DNA of 64,000 nt from assembly GCA_951406725.2 (NCBI GenBank), contig OX597817.1:12338001-12402000 (forward strand), written 5' to 3'. Below the pieces are notes generated by a model. The model did no database searches, had not been told where the DNA came from, and saw only the letters and a list, made by a program, of their open reading frames with translations. The translations under genes and the position numbers were made by a program. This document shows, in pieces, positions 27,000-39,912 of the stretch (positions within the stretch are counted from its first letter, which is position 1; each line of letters starts with the position of its first letter). Source of the DNA: Octopus vulgaris. Its lineage: Eukaryota.

Positions 27000-28154
27000 T
27001 GTATGTATATAAATATGCATGTACTGACGTTTCGGGAGAAGTACTTCGTCAGAGAGACTTTAAAAATGTTTAAGTTAGCTTTTAGCGTGTAGCTTTGGCA
27101 TATGAAGGAAGTTTATGGTTGAAAGTATTAACCAGTCAAAAAGAGTATTAACGAGAATTCAATGGACGAAGTGGTGAGAAATATTGGGAGGAACGGTACT
27201 AAGGAGTCACACAGACACTGAAAGCAATCCCATACCGGAGATGAGTGTCAAATTGTTGCAACGATTTAAGAGTTTGTGTACATTTGCCTACTTACTCATG
27301 TCACCTTTATTTGCTCTTAACTGTTTCCTTCCCATAAACATAACTCAATCCCACATACACATTAAAAAATGTGTTTCTCTTTCCGAAAGAAGGTCTGTGT
27401 TCTATCATCCCATCAAGGAATACAAATTTATACGAATTGTCAACTAAATTCATTTTAATCAACACCAAGCGTCACTAATATTTTCCAGTGAAGGATTGAA
27501 TTACTAAAGATGGAAGCCACGTCTCCCTTAAATCACACCCTCTGTCTAAAAGGGAAAACAAACGTCACACTAATCAATATTATTGCCTGTTTGAAAAGGT
27601 AGGATGGCGATAGCTGAAGCATTTACGAGAATATGTCCATCCATCATGGTTGGCTGGGGGTTAAACCACAGCAAAAACAACGATTAAATAGCGCACGGCC
27701 CGTACATGTCCGACTCTTATAGACAGAGATGGGGGAAATATGCAGGGAGGGGCAAAGACAAAAATAGAAAACGAGAGAAGAGAGAAAAACCGAGACTATT
27801 AGAGAAAGAAACTAATAAAATAACTGTAATTGCAATGACGGATATCTTTGATGTGTGGCGGTACTAAAATGAGAGACCATGTGACACAAATTAAGCAAAC
27901 AGTACATGTCTTGTGTCGCAATGTATATAATTTCAGATGATTTATCTTACACATTTGAGGACAGCAGAGTTTTTTTCTTTTTTTCATTTTCTTATTTTCA
28001 TTTGTTTCGTTGATTTTAATGTTGGACATATATTCCAAACAGATCTTAACATGAATAAATATTTACCATAATTAGGTAATTATATCATGTTACCGATCAA
28101 CAGGCCAATTTAAAATACTAGTGACAGGGGTTGCGAGGCACTATGCAAATTTAC

Positions 28155-28347
28155 ATACACACACACACACACACACACATGTACAAATATATAAATGTAT
28201 GTATGTATGTATGTATGTATGTATGTATGTATGTATGTATGTATGTATGTATGTATGTATGTATGTATGCATGTATGTATGTATGTATGTATGTATGTAT
28301 GTATGTATGTATGTATGTATGTATGTATGTATGTATGTATGTATGTA

Positions 28348-28382
<35 letters not shown>

Positions 28383-28960
28383 ATGTATGTATGTATGTAT
28401 GTATGTATGTATGTATGTATGTATGTATGTATGTATGTATGTATGTATGTATGTATGTATGTATGTATGTATGTATGTATGTATGTATGTATGTATGTAT
28501 GTATGTATGTATGCATGCAGTCATTCATTCATGCATGTATGTATGTATGTATGCATGCATGCATGCATGTATGTATGTATGTATGTATGTATGTATGTAT
28601 GTATGCATGCATGCATGCATGCATGCATGCATGTATGTATGTATGTATGTATGTATGTATGTATGCATGCATGCATGCATGCATGTATGTATGTATGTAT
28701 GTATGTATGTATGTATGTATGTATGTATGCATGCATGCATGTATGTATGTATGTATGTATGTATGTATGTATGTATGTATGTATGCATGTATGTATGTAT
28801 GTATGTATGTATGTATGTATGTATGTATGCATGCATGCATGTATGTATGTATGTATGTATGTATGTATGTATGTATGTATGCATGTATGTATGTATGTAT
28901 GTATGTATGTATGTATGTGTGTGTGTGTGTGTGTGTGTACGTGCGTGTGTGTTTGTGTGT
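28155..28960. repeat. compound (ATGT)n/(ATGC)n/(GT)n microsatellite, about 800 bp
   Basis: directly visible. Confidence 0.95.
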
Positions 28961-29137
28961 GGAGGAGAATGGTTTAGTGTAGCGTTTAGGGTGATGCACC
29001 TATGATCGTATGATTGTGGTTTCGATTCATGGACTGGACGATATTTTGTGTTCTCGAACAATTCGTTTCATTTCGCATGGCTCCAGTCCATTCAACTTTA
29101 GAAAGTGAGTAATTCTATACGAAAACGGCGCCCCGCT

Positions 29138-29672
29138 CGCGAAATTTTATTTCCCACGAGAGTTCCGGACACTAGTTATGAACTCATTTGCATACAGCCA
29201 ATCAGAGCTCAACAATCAAACTAATTTATGAGCGCATTACAAGTGATGGGCGATAAGATAAGGTCTCTTGGGTAAGGAATAACCATACTTCTTTTCTCTT
29301 TGGATAATGCTTGTTGTTCTTGTTCTTGTTTGAACCATGGCTGTCACTGTGTAGTTATTTGTGATATTGTTTACTTTGGAAAACGGTAAGTTGCTAGCAC
29401 ATCACTTTCTATCCACATTTTCCCCGTTCACATATTTACCTTATGGGGCCCTAACAAAATCTGGTAATAGGTATAGATGCAAATCTATCTAATTACTTCT
29501 CCCCTTCTATAATCAGGCATAACTTAGCGATCGGTCGACTTACAACACCATTCTTGAGTTTACTTGGAAGAGTGTGTTTGTTAACTCGACATGGTCAAGG
29601 TGAGCTCTGATTGGCTGTATACAAATGAATTCATTACTGGGGTCCGGAACTCTCGTGGGAAAAAATTTCGCG
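29138..29672. mobile_element. MITE-like element with about 73-bp imperfect inverted repeats
   Basis: 29138-29211 is the imperfect reverse complement of 29601-29672. Confidence 0.65.
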
Positions 29673-30694
29673 TCCCGCCCAAGAGGTGGGAAATATATAC
29701 GATACAGAATGCAGGAAACAAACCTTACGAACCCCTGCCTCGGGGAAGACGTATGTGCGTACTTATGTACGTATATGCCATCTGTAAATATATATTTGCA
29801 CGCACGCACACACACACACATGCATACGTGTAGGACTAATGTAACTTTTCCGATAAGAGACAGTTGAAAATGAAATCAAGCAATCTAAATATTATATACT
29901 ATTTTTAATGTTAACCTCAGTGAATCGAGCACTCTTTGTAAAGTTTCGTTTTTATACAAAACTGGTTCTTGATGTGTCAACTGTCTCTGTTTATCATGGT
30001 TTCTGCATCCCCAGTACATATCACCGTCGGCATCAACTCGTATCCGAGCAGTCAATCTGCAGCGAGTGATTGAGCCTCTTCCACCTGACGGGTGCGAAGA
30101 GAGCCGGAACCTGGGGTGGGTGTTCAGGCCAAGAGCCAGGGGTATTTATCGCAGAAGAAAAATGATGGGGAACGAGGAAGTACGAGTCGCTTCTTTGAGT
30201 CTTCGATGTCTGATCTCGGTCTCATAAACCTCTCTTTGCACTCACACAAATGAAATTGTCATGTGTCCTTATATTTCTATAAAAAGAAAAACGGGGCTGC
30301 TAGAAACACGAGCCTGTCCGGAGAAATGAAGAATGTATTATGCATTTATCTTTATAATGACCATAAATATACACACATGCACACATGCGTATACATCTAT
30401 ACACATACATACACGGCTCAAGATCATAAACCCGTGAGTTCGATTCCCCGGCCCACGGTGTATTCTTGAGCACTTCATTTCACATTGCTCCAGTCCACTC
30501 AGCTGGCAAATATGAGTTCTACCTGTATTTCAAAGGTGCCAAACATTTTGTGTCTCGCTCAATCTCCCTGTGAACTATATTAAGGGCACACGTGTCTGTG
30601 GAGAGCTCAGCCACTAGCCCGTTAATTTCACGAGCAGGCTGTTCCATCGATTGGATCAACTGGAACTTTTGTCATAACCAACGGAGAGCCAGTG

Positions 30695-30743
<49 letters not shown>

Positions 30744-30747
<4 letters not shown>

Positions 30748-31300
30748 ATATAGGATAAAATTTTTTCGGGAAAAATTTTTTATCAATGGCCAGCATATCA
30801 AAAAATGCCTTTAAAGGTAAAATTTATACATAATTTACAAGATAAGGGCAGAAGAAAAATTCTAACGCCAGATACGCTGAAACAAAAAATTGTCGATAAC
30901 CAGTAAATTTATGCGTCTCGAAACAAACCGATAGAAATCTCTAAAAAATTCGTTATTACCATATTGGTCCAATTTCGGAGTTAATTCACAAGAAATTTTC
31001 CCCTCTTCAGCGGCACATACGCGAGATATAAATGAAATACTTATTCATACCCACGGAAGAAGCAAACACCAAGTCCCGAGCAGACTTAAGTACCCCATTT
31101 ATATCTCGCGTATGTGCCGCTGAAGAGGGGGAAATTTCTTGTGAATTAACCCCGAAATTGGACCAATACGGTAATAACGAATTTTTTAGAGATTTCTATC
31201 GGTTTGTTTCGAGACGCATAAATTTAATGGTTATCGACAATTTTTTGTTTCGGCGTATCTGGCATTAGAATTTTTCTTCTGCCCTTATCTTGTAAATTAT
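30744..31300. repeat. Penelope-like foldback element, about 205-bp inverted arms (30830-31034 / 31096-31300)
   Basis: arms are reverse complements; each has CTGAAGA-GGGG..CC-GAAA; flanked by (TA)n; related to 26200-26665. Confidence 0.75.
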
Positions 31301-31580
31301 ATATATATTTATATATATATGTATTAATTCATAAATGAATATGAGGATAAAAATCACGTTAATGATTTTTATCAACTAGACAGCATGTTATGAAAGTTTA
31401 TAGGCAATTAATACATTAAATTAATAATAATGTACATAAGTATGTAATTATATACTTATGCAATTATATAATTATTTATATATATATATATATACTTACG
31501 CATACATAATTATATATATACGCATACATACACATACATATATATACACATACATAAACATATATATATATATATATATA

Positions 31581-32321
31581 CAAATTGAGATAGGGGTTGT
31601 AAATGCAACCCTCCATGGAATAGCATATATCCAATATACTGCTAGTGAAGTACCCAACAAAGTTAATACATAAATGTTAAGGATTGCGTTGCAATCAATT
31701 CATTTACTGTATTATATGGGCAAAGGTAAAATGATTTACCACAAATTACTAATACAAGATAAGAAAATGGAGAAATACATCTAAATCAAATATCAATTAC
31801 CAGATAATACTCAATCACATACTTTATTAAACCACCACATAAGAGACTGTAGGGTTAAACATAAAAAAACAACAAATCAGTGTACATAAAGGAATGTACA
31901 TAAAAAAGTGTACATAAAAGAGTAATGTTGTATAATAAGTAGAATATATATAAAAAAGAGAATATAAATATAAGTAAATATAAATATAAGTATAGATTAC
32001 ATCTTACAGCTGTTTCGGCCATGTAGATAAGTATGTCTCATTGGTAAAATGAGACATACTTATCTGTAAGATGTAATCTATACTTATATTTATATTTACT
32101 TATATTTATATTCTCTTTTTTATATATATTCTACTTATTATACAACATTACTCTTTTATGTACACTTTTTTATGTACATTTCTTTATGTACACTGATTTG
32201 TTCTGTTTTTTTTTATGTTTAACCCTACATTCTCTTATGTGGTGGTTTAATAAAGTATGTGATTGAGTATTATCTGGTAATTGATATTTGATTTAGATGT
32301 ATTTCTCCATTTTCTTATCTT
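31581..32321. repeat. Penelope-like foldback element, about 255-bp arms (31756-32009 / 32064-32321)
   Basis: arms are reverse complements; GGCCGAAACAGCTGTA half-ribozyme on the minus strand at the centre; (TA)n flanks; second copy 51549-51883. Confidence 0.8.
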
Positions 32322-32545
32322 ATATATATGTATATATATATATACATACACAAACATACATATATATACATATTCATATATATTATATACATACATTTAC
32401 ATACATACACACATAAATACACACACACACATATATATATATATAGACATACATTTGTATATATATACATATATGTATATATATATATGTAAACATATAT
32501 ATATACATGCACATAAATATATATTATATATATATATACACGCGT

Positions 32546-32610
<65 letters not shown>

Positions 32611-32915
32611 ATCAAAATAAGCAACAAGATATCAAGAGATGATGCAGTACGACCGTTTCAAGCAGCTCCATTTAATTGAACAAGGCAATCATTACATCAA
32701 TTTAAATGCAGGGATATCCTCAGCTGCATAAATAAATACAATTTTTTAATCAGTTGGACACATTGAATAATTTTACCGCTTGAAACGGCCGTACTACATC
32801 ACCTCTTGATATCTTGTTGCTTATTTTGATTTTATTTACCTTACTTTGAGTTGTATGGATAATAACGCACTGACTTCGTGCTTCAACATAAATACCTAAT
32901 TCAAGTGAATCTCCA
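32611..32915. repeat. foldback element, 53-bp arms (32611-32663 / 32778-32830) plus tail
   Basis: inverted arms; (TA)n on both sides; contains a hammerhead motif. Confidence 0.75.
32642..32729 (-). ncRNA. hammerhead motif with long stem II
   Basis: minus strand ATGCAG-CTGAGGA-...CATTTAAATTGA..TCAATTAAATG...-GAAA-CGGTC-GTA-CTGCAT; 6-bp perfect stem I. Confidence 0.6.
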
Positions 32916-32916
32916 T

Positions 32917-32998
<82 letters not shown>

Positions 32999-33178
32999 CT
33001 GTGTCTGTGTCTGTATGTATGTATGTATGTATGTAAGCAGCAAAGTTGATATGGCCCGTAGAATATGTTCCTGGATTCCCATAGCTTTCCAGTCTTTGGA
33101 CAACGTCTTTCAATAAATCCCGGATAAACCTCCTACACCCGGATATGTCACAGTAAACAATAACTCTCTAAATGACGA

Positions 33179-33239
33179 GATAACTGACGAGATACCGGAT
33201 CAGACTTTTGCCCCGATATCCGAAACTCTGAGTTTTATT
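33179..33239 (+). ncRNA. hammerhead motif
   Basis: GATAA-CTGACGA-GATACCGG..CCGATATCC-GAAA-CTC(T)GAGTT-TTATT. Confidence 0.55.
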
Positions 33240-33356
33240 ATGGCAACCGACTAATAGTCACATATATTATAGATAAATTCCTCTATTTCATAATATCGAG
33301 ATCTCATTCATTCTTTTGTTCTCATTTATTATTATTAATATATATACATACGTACA

Positions 33357-33411
<55 letters not shown>

Positions 33412-33664
33412 GCATATATACATACATACATACATATATGCGAGCTGGCAGAAACGTTAGCGCGCTGGACGAAATGCTTAGCGGTATTTCGTCTGTCGTT
33501 ACGTTCTGAGTTCAAATTCCGCCGGGGTCGACATTGCCTTTCATCCTCTCGGGGTCGATAAATAAAGTACCAGTTTCGCACTGGGTCGATATAATCGACT
33601 TAATCCCTTTGTCTGTCCTTGTTTGTCCCCTCTATGTTTAGCCTCTTGTGGGCAATAAAGAAAT

Positions 33665-33701
<37 letters not shown>

Positions 33702-33806
33702 ATATATATATACATACATACATACATACATACTTACATACATACATACATACATACATATATGTATATATATACATATACGTATATATACATATATACA
33801 TTTATG

Positions 33807-34335
33807 TATTGAATTGGCAACTAAGTTCCCGCCGTTTCTTTAAATTAAATTTTTTTAAAGGTTTAATAAAAAATAACAACTAATTAATCAATAATGTATT
33901 CACCTTTGTTGTTTACAACTTCTTCCCAACGTTCAACAAGGTTTTCAATACCTCGTTGGTAGAAATCACCCGATTTCGACTCGAAAAATTGATCCAACCA
34001 AGCTCTCAATTCTGTATCAGTTTTGAACGAAATTCCGCGCATAGCATTTGAAAGAGATCGAAAGAGGTGGAAATCCAATGGTGCCAAATCAGGAGGTGGG
34101 TGTGGCAGCACTTCCCAGCCATGCGTTTAAATGGCTTCCTTGGTCATATTGGCGATATGAGGGCGGGCGTTGTCGTGCAGCAGAAATCCATGCTGACGAT
34201 TAAGACTTTTCTCTTGAATAGCCGTGTTGAGTCGTTCCATCTGTTGAACATAGAGTCCCGCGTTGACCGTTTGGTTCCGTTCAAGCAATTCGTAATGGAT
34301 AATCCCTTCCCAGTCCCACCATACGCACAACATTG
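33807..34335 (-). mobile_element. mariner transposon remnant (transposase C-terminus + right TIR)
   Basis: MLCVWWDWEGIIHYELL...HDNARPH...PDLAPLDFHLF with a stop and a deletion; TIR-like TA-TTGAATTGGCAACTAAGTT. Confidence 0.9.
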
Positions 34336-34353
34336 TATATATAAAGATTCAAT

Positions 34354-34438
<85 letters not shown>

Positions 34439-34439
<1 letters not shown>

Positions 34440-34769
34440 AATAAATGAAAGAATGGAGTTGAACGACGATTTAACAAAATTCCTTTATTCTCGACATATG
34501 TTTCGAAGGCGGCATAATGCACCCCTTATTCCTTCGAAATTAGGAATATGCAGCCTTCGAAACATATGTCGAGAATAAAGGAATTTTGTTAAATCGTCGT
34601 TCAACTCCATTCTTTCATTTATTTGTTTAAAAAAAAACACACAAATTTCCACACGAAAGCACGTGATCTCTGCCCTTGGCATGTAGATTCAGCCGTGTTT
34701 TTCTGACGTGAATTTGCTACCCGGGTATCGGTTAACCGAATTATCCATACCAGGATAATTCATTCAACT

Positions 34770-34773
<4 letters not shown>
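34439..34773. repeat. foldback element, 72-bp arms (34439-34510 / 34553-34624) plus tail
   Basis: perfect inverted arms containing CGAAACATATGTC; (TA)n flanks. Confidence 0.75.
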
Positions 34774-34816
<43 letters not shown>

Positions 34817-34821
34817 AACAT

Positions 34822-34881
34822 GCATATATATCCTTAAAATTGAGAATATTCGTGAACGCAAAATAATTCTTTTTGGGAACG
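34822..34881 (+). other. WDR64: possible 5' UTR exon of WDR64 (start uncertain)
   Basis: strong donor ggaacg|gtgagt about 630 nt upstream of the acceptor at 35510, which precedes the ATG exon. Confidence 0.35.
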
Positions 34882-35541
34882 GTGAGTCTCGAAGCAATTA
34901 AAGTTATAAATAGTAGCGTGATTTATATATATTTTCTGTTAAGCCGCACACTCTATAATATTAAGTACCTATGCTAAGGTTTATTTCCTTAGTCCTTTAT
35001 GATGTTTTGGAGGAGCATATTTCCAAAGTATATATGTGTTGCAAGGAATTCTTGGGTATATATTTCCTGATAGACTCCAGCTTTATTTTCATGTTTTCAT
35101 GTTAGTTTTTTATTACAGCTTTAAAGCGGGCGAGAATTACATTTCTAATTTGTTAACGCTGTACTTCAAAACGTTAAGCTCTGTCGTCAGGTTTCTTTCA
35201 GTAATTAAGAAATGATTTAGCAAGACTGTCTGGCACTAGATCGTTGCTAGGATATCTGTATCCTTAAATCCTTAAAAATGTTTTAGCCCGAAGGCCGCGG
35301 CCATGCTGGGGCACCACCGCTGTATGTTGAACATAGTTGCCGTACTTTCGTTAATGTATATAAAACTATTATTGTTGTTGTTATTATTATTAATATTGTT
35401 GTTGTTGTTGTTGCTGTTGTTGATATTATCATCATCATTATTCTACAGGGAATTCAGTAAATTTACAACCATGTTTTATCATTAATGTTTTTTCCTATGT
35501 TGCTTTACAGATATTGGTGAAAAGCTGATACACCTAAAACA

Positions 35542-35680
35542 ATGCCGCAAGCTAAATTACGCCGTCCTTACACTAATAATTCTTTCCGCAAGCAACTGGA
35601 GAAATTCCGTACATTCATTAAAGATGTGACGTACAGTGGCTGTGAACTAACCTCTGAGTATCGAAGACAGCTGATAGCTG
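35542..35680 (+). CDS. WDR64: WDR64 coding exon 1 (MPQAKLRRPYTNNSFRKQLEKFRTFIKDVTYSGCELTSEYRRQLIA)
   Basis: acceptor gctttacag at 35510, ATG 35542, donor gtacgc; phase 1 matches next exon; resembles the WDR64 N-terminus. Confidence 0.75.
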
Positions 35681-35820
35681 GTACGCGCTTATGTTGAATT
35701 CCTTTGTAACTAACTAAATATGAACTTGATGACCTCGGCTGTCGTATATGTACGCGTTTTTACATTCACGTTAGAATCTCTCCATATATAGATTTAATGT
35801 AATATTGTAATATTGACCGT

Positions 35821-36123
35821 GGAGGCACATGGCCTAGTGGTTAGAGTAGCGAACTCGCGGTCGAGGGATCGTGGATTCGAATCTCAGACCGGGCGATGTG
35901 TGTGTTTATGAGCGAAACACCTAAGCTCCACGCGGCTCCGGCAGAAGGTAACGGCGAACTTCTGCTGAGTCTTTCGCCACAACTTTCTCTCACTCTTTCC
36001 TCCTGCATCTTGCAGCTCATCTGCGACGGACCGGCGTCCCGTCCATGTGGGGAACCTATACGCTAAGAAAACCGGGAAACCGGCCCTTATGAGCCAGGCG
36101 TGACTCGAGAAGGAACAAACAAA
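35821..36123 (+). mobile_element. SINE family D (head shared with family C, different 3' half, (AAAC)n tail)
   Basis: TSD AATATTGACCGT. Confidence 0.85.
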
Positions 36124-36445
36124 AATATTGACCGTTGTACACCCAGTTTTACACACCTATTTTAATAGAATCTAGGCTACGGATTCGATGAAACAGTAGG
36201 TCAAAACGTCTGGCGATTCATCTAGAAATTCTAGATAAACAGACATTGAACCTGCTTTGCAGAAATTGTCTGTACCAAATCAACCCGACTAGATAGACTA
36301 ATCTTACGAAAATTACCAGAAACTGCGTATTGGTGGTGAGTGAGTACGATCAACGAAATTTTGCCAGATGTTAAATATGATATAGAATCACTTCGTTGAG
36401 ATTTTACTGACTAGCATCTTGTTAGAATGGTAATCTTATTGTTTT

Positions 36446-36670
36446 ATTCTTTTACTTGTTTCAGTCATTTGACTGCGGCCATGCTGGGCAACGGCTTTAG
36501 TCGACCAAATCGACCCCACCAGGACTTATTCTTTGTAAGCCTAGTACTTATTCTATCAGTTTCTTTTACCGAACCGCTAGATTACGGGGACGTAAACACA
36601 CCAACATTGGATGTTAAACAATGGTGGAGGGGAGACAAACACAGACACACAAAGATATACATATACATAA

Positions 36671-36727
<57 letters not shown>

Positions 36728-36745
36728 CATACATATATACATACA

Positions 36746-36779
<34 letters not shown>

Positions 36780-37137
36780 AATCCCCCCAAACGAAGAACA
36801 AACACAAAAAAAAAACAACAACGCGAGGACGTGGTACATGCAAAGTATTAGCTGACGCTCAGGGAGGGATAAAAAGGCAGCTTTAAGTTTCGAACAAAGC
36901 TCTGCTTCAGAAATAGGAAACAGAGGAAAGTCCAAGAGAAAAGAGACGGAGAAAAAAATCGACAACGATTCACATGTGGTTATACGACGGGATTCTTTCA
37001 GTTTCCGTCAACCATATCCACTCACAAGGCTTGGTCGGCCCGCGGCTATAGTAGAAGATACTTGCCCAAGGTGCCACGCAGTGGGACTGAACCAGGAACC
37101 ATGTGGTTTGGGAAGCAAGCTTCTTTCCACACAATTA
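36446..37137 (-). mobile_element. SINE family A with a ribozyme-type element (36780-36975) nested in its internal microsatellite
   Basis: SINE halves flank (TA/CATA)n plus a foreign insert of about 195 bp. Confidence 0.75.
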
Positions 37138-37726
37138 CTCCGGTGCTTTGAAAACTATATTTTTTTTGGTAGTCACTAAGCGCTCAGTTGTCTAATCTAA
37201 TTTGTAAACGGTACCGTGTGTAAGTACAGGTTTCTAACGTAAGCTATGATAACGGTATCGTTAGGTTACAGTACAGACCAAATTTTTTTCCGTGCTAAGA
37301 GAGTAGGCAATAGAAAAAGAAAACTCTGTTTCCTTTCTTCCTCCACCGAAGACTTCGTTTTCATATTCTCTATCATGAGTGGGTCAGCTGATCAGAGACC
37401 ATTCTTTTTGAGGGAGTTGAATACAGTGAAGCAAACAAAAGAACCTCACGCCAGTTTTCTTTGTATCTCTCTACCTCTTACGGTTGTAAACTGCCCTACT
37501 CCACGGTTCTTCTCTGTAGTAAACTTGGTTGTGTCCTAGAGATTTGAGTGTGTTGACACATAACCTTATTCAACACAACTCACAAAATTTCACAAACTAC
37601 AGATCTGTCAACGGCTTGTCTTCTAGACTAGCCACATGACCAACAGCAACTGTCATTGAAACATTACAAACTTACAAATTCTGGCTAATGCTTTTATGGA
37701 TCATTTCATGTTGTTTATTTTCACAG

Positions 37727-37857
37727 AGAATCTCCCTTACGACAAGTTCAGTGAAAAACTACGTCTTTTATTTGGACCGGATATAAAACCTCAAGAAATT
37801 AAGGTTCTTTATAGGAAAATTATCTCGAATCCAGAAGCCACAGTAGACTGGAGTGAG
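37727..37857 (+). CDS. WDR64: WDR64 exon (ENLPYDKFSEKLRLLFGPDIKPQEIKVLYRKIISNPEATVDWSE), EF-hand-like N-terminal region
   Basis: ttttcacag/gtaaag; closely resembles recalled human WDR64 '[28 protein letters not shown]..DWCE'. Confidence 0.9.
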
Positions 37858-38016
37858 GTAAAGAAACATTTCAAATATCTCATCGAAATATGTCACCAAA
37901 TATGTCATCAAACTGAAGTCTGTAACAACGATTTCTGATAAAGAGTGGAAATACCTACAACGTTATATTTTATTACGTTTTAGGTACTTTGAATATTACT
38001 TAATTGTACCTCAACC

Positions 38017-38289
38017 AGAGCCGGCTCAAGGTACCGGCAATTCAGACAGTATCCTACGTCACCGTACGTCTTCGGGGCGCCATGTCATGTGTCTGAAATA
38101 TTCCAAGAAATACAAGGAGAAAATTATGATGATAATATGAATGTAAATTTTACATTTAATTAATCGTAATAAGACATCATATTTATACATTTGAAATTTT
38201 TACCCTTAGTCAAAATTGTTTTAAAATTATATAAATAAGGGAGCCGAAATTCAGCTTGCCTAGAGCACAGCAACTCCATAAGCGGCCCT
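38017..38289. mobile_element. decayed hAT-like MITE
   Basis: CAGAGCCGGCT...AGCGGCCCT termini resemble CAGGGCCGG-type TIRs. Confidence 0.4.
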
Positions 38290-38884
38290 AACTTCAGTAT
38301 CGAAGTATTCACCTTCATATGAAATCCAAACATAGATTTATGTCTTAAAATCTTGAAATATCTTGAAGATTCTCATTATAGATTTTAAACTTCCTGTAGT
38401 TCTACTTCAGGCTTATTACTGTATTCCACAATTATTCACTAATGTTAAGAGGTTGAAATTGTAATCAATTCATATCAGAGCATTCTATATAACTAAGTTT
38501 TTTCTCATAACTAATCCTTTTAGCTAATCAAGATAATTGCAGTGATGGTAGAAAGTCCGTGAGTTTGGGGTGTATGAGCAATGTGAAGGGACATTTCTGA
38601 GCGGATTGTTTCGGTCATCAATTCTGTATTAATCTGAATGAAGTACAAAGCATAATTAATACAAAGCAAAACGCTGACAAGTTCACCAACTTGAAATGTC
38701 ATAGCGTTCATAGATAGAAATTACGGCAAAGTATGCGAATGAACGGTGAGTGAGCTTGGTTTAGCTACTGCTTGGACGATACGTTAGGTAGATTTTAATA
38801 AAGATAAGTTTTGTGGATAAGAAAAGCGATGTTGCAGGAGGAGTGCGACATCTGTATTAATTCAGTGCAACAGCCTGTCAATGA

Positions 38885-39303
38885 TTTACTCTTTACTCTT
38901 TTACTTGTTTCAGTCATTTGACTACGGCCATGCTGGAGCACCACCTTTAGTCGAGCAAATCGACCCCGGGACTTATTCTTTTTTTTTGTAAGCCCAGTAC
39001 TTATTCTATCGGTCTCTTTTTGCCGAACCGCTAAGTGATGGGGACGTAAACACACCAGCATCGGTTGTCAAGCAATGCTAGGGGAACAAACACAGACACA
39101 CAAACACACACACATGCATATATATATATACATATATACGACAGGCTTCTTTCAGTTTCCGTCTACCAAATCCACTCACAAGGCATTGGTCGGCCCGGGG
39201 CTATAGCAGAAGACACTTGCCCAAGATGCCACGCAGTGGGACTGAACCCGGAACCATGTGATTGGTTAGCAAGCTACTTACCACACAGCAACTCCTGCGC
39301 CTA
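38885..39303 (-). mobile_element. SINE family A
   Basis: family match. Confidence 0.85.
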
Positions 39304-39529
39304 TATTTGTGATATTTGTGTCGATTTAGAAGTAGGATTATCAGATAATGCTCATTGGCTCACAAATCTCATATCTGAATTCCTTCCACATCTGAATGGA
39401 AGGAATGAGACAGAACAGCAATGCAAGAACCTAGAGGAGTTGCAAACGTTGTTATCTTCGAGGACGATAACTTCTGATAGGAGTGATACGAGATATGTCT
39501 TCAATGCAAAACTTTTCCTTAGAAAAGTG

Positions 39530-39912
39530 GATGGAAGCACTCCGTCGGTTACGACGACGAGGGTTCCGGTTGATCCGAATCAACGGAACAGCCTGCTCGT
39601 GAAATTAACGTGTAAGTGGCTGAGCACTCCACAGACACGTGTACCCTTAACGTAGTTCTCGGGGATATTCAGCGTGACACAGAGAGTGACAAGGCCGGCC
39701 CTTTGAAATACAGGCACAACAGAAACAGGAAGTAAGAGTGAGAGAAAGTTGTGGTGAAAGAGTACAGCAGGGATCGCCACCACCCCCCTGCCGGGGCCTC
39801 GTGGAGCTTTAGGTGTTTTCACTCAATAAATACTCACAACGCCCGGTCTCGGAATCGAAACCGCGATCCTATGACCGCGAGTCCGCTGCCCTAACCACTG
39901 GGCCACTGCGCC
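39530..39912 (-). mobile_element. SINE family C
   Basis: family match; TSD CCTTAGAAAAGT. Confidence 0.85.

Noticed and set aside
28121-29061. Long ORFs (up to 294 aa) of MYVC/HTYI repeats, and many similar YIYI/HTHT ORFs elsewhere
   Set aside because: Translations of stop-free microsatellites; no coding signal.
33232-33247. RFX X-box-like ATGGCAAC plus forkhead-like GTAAACAA upstream of WDR64
   Set aside because: Only one good half-site, and it overlaps a hammerhead-bearing repeat between microsatellites, so it cannot be supported as the promoter.
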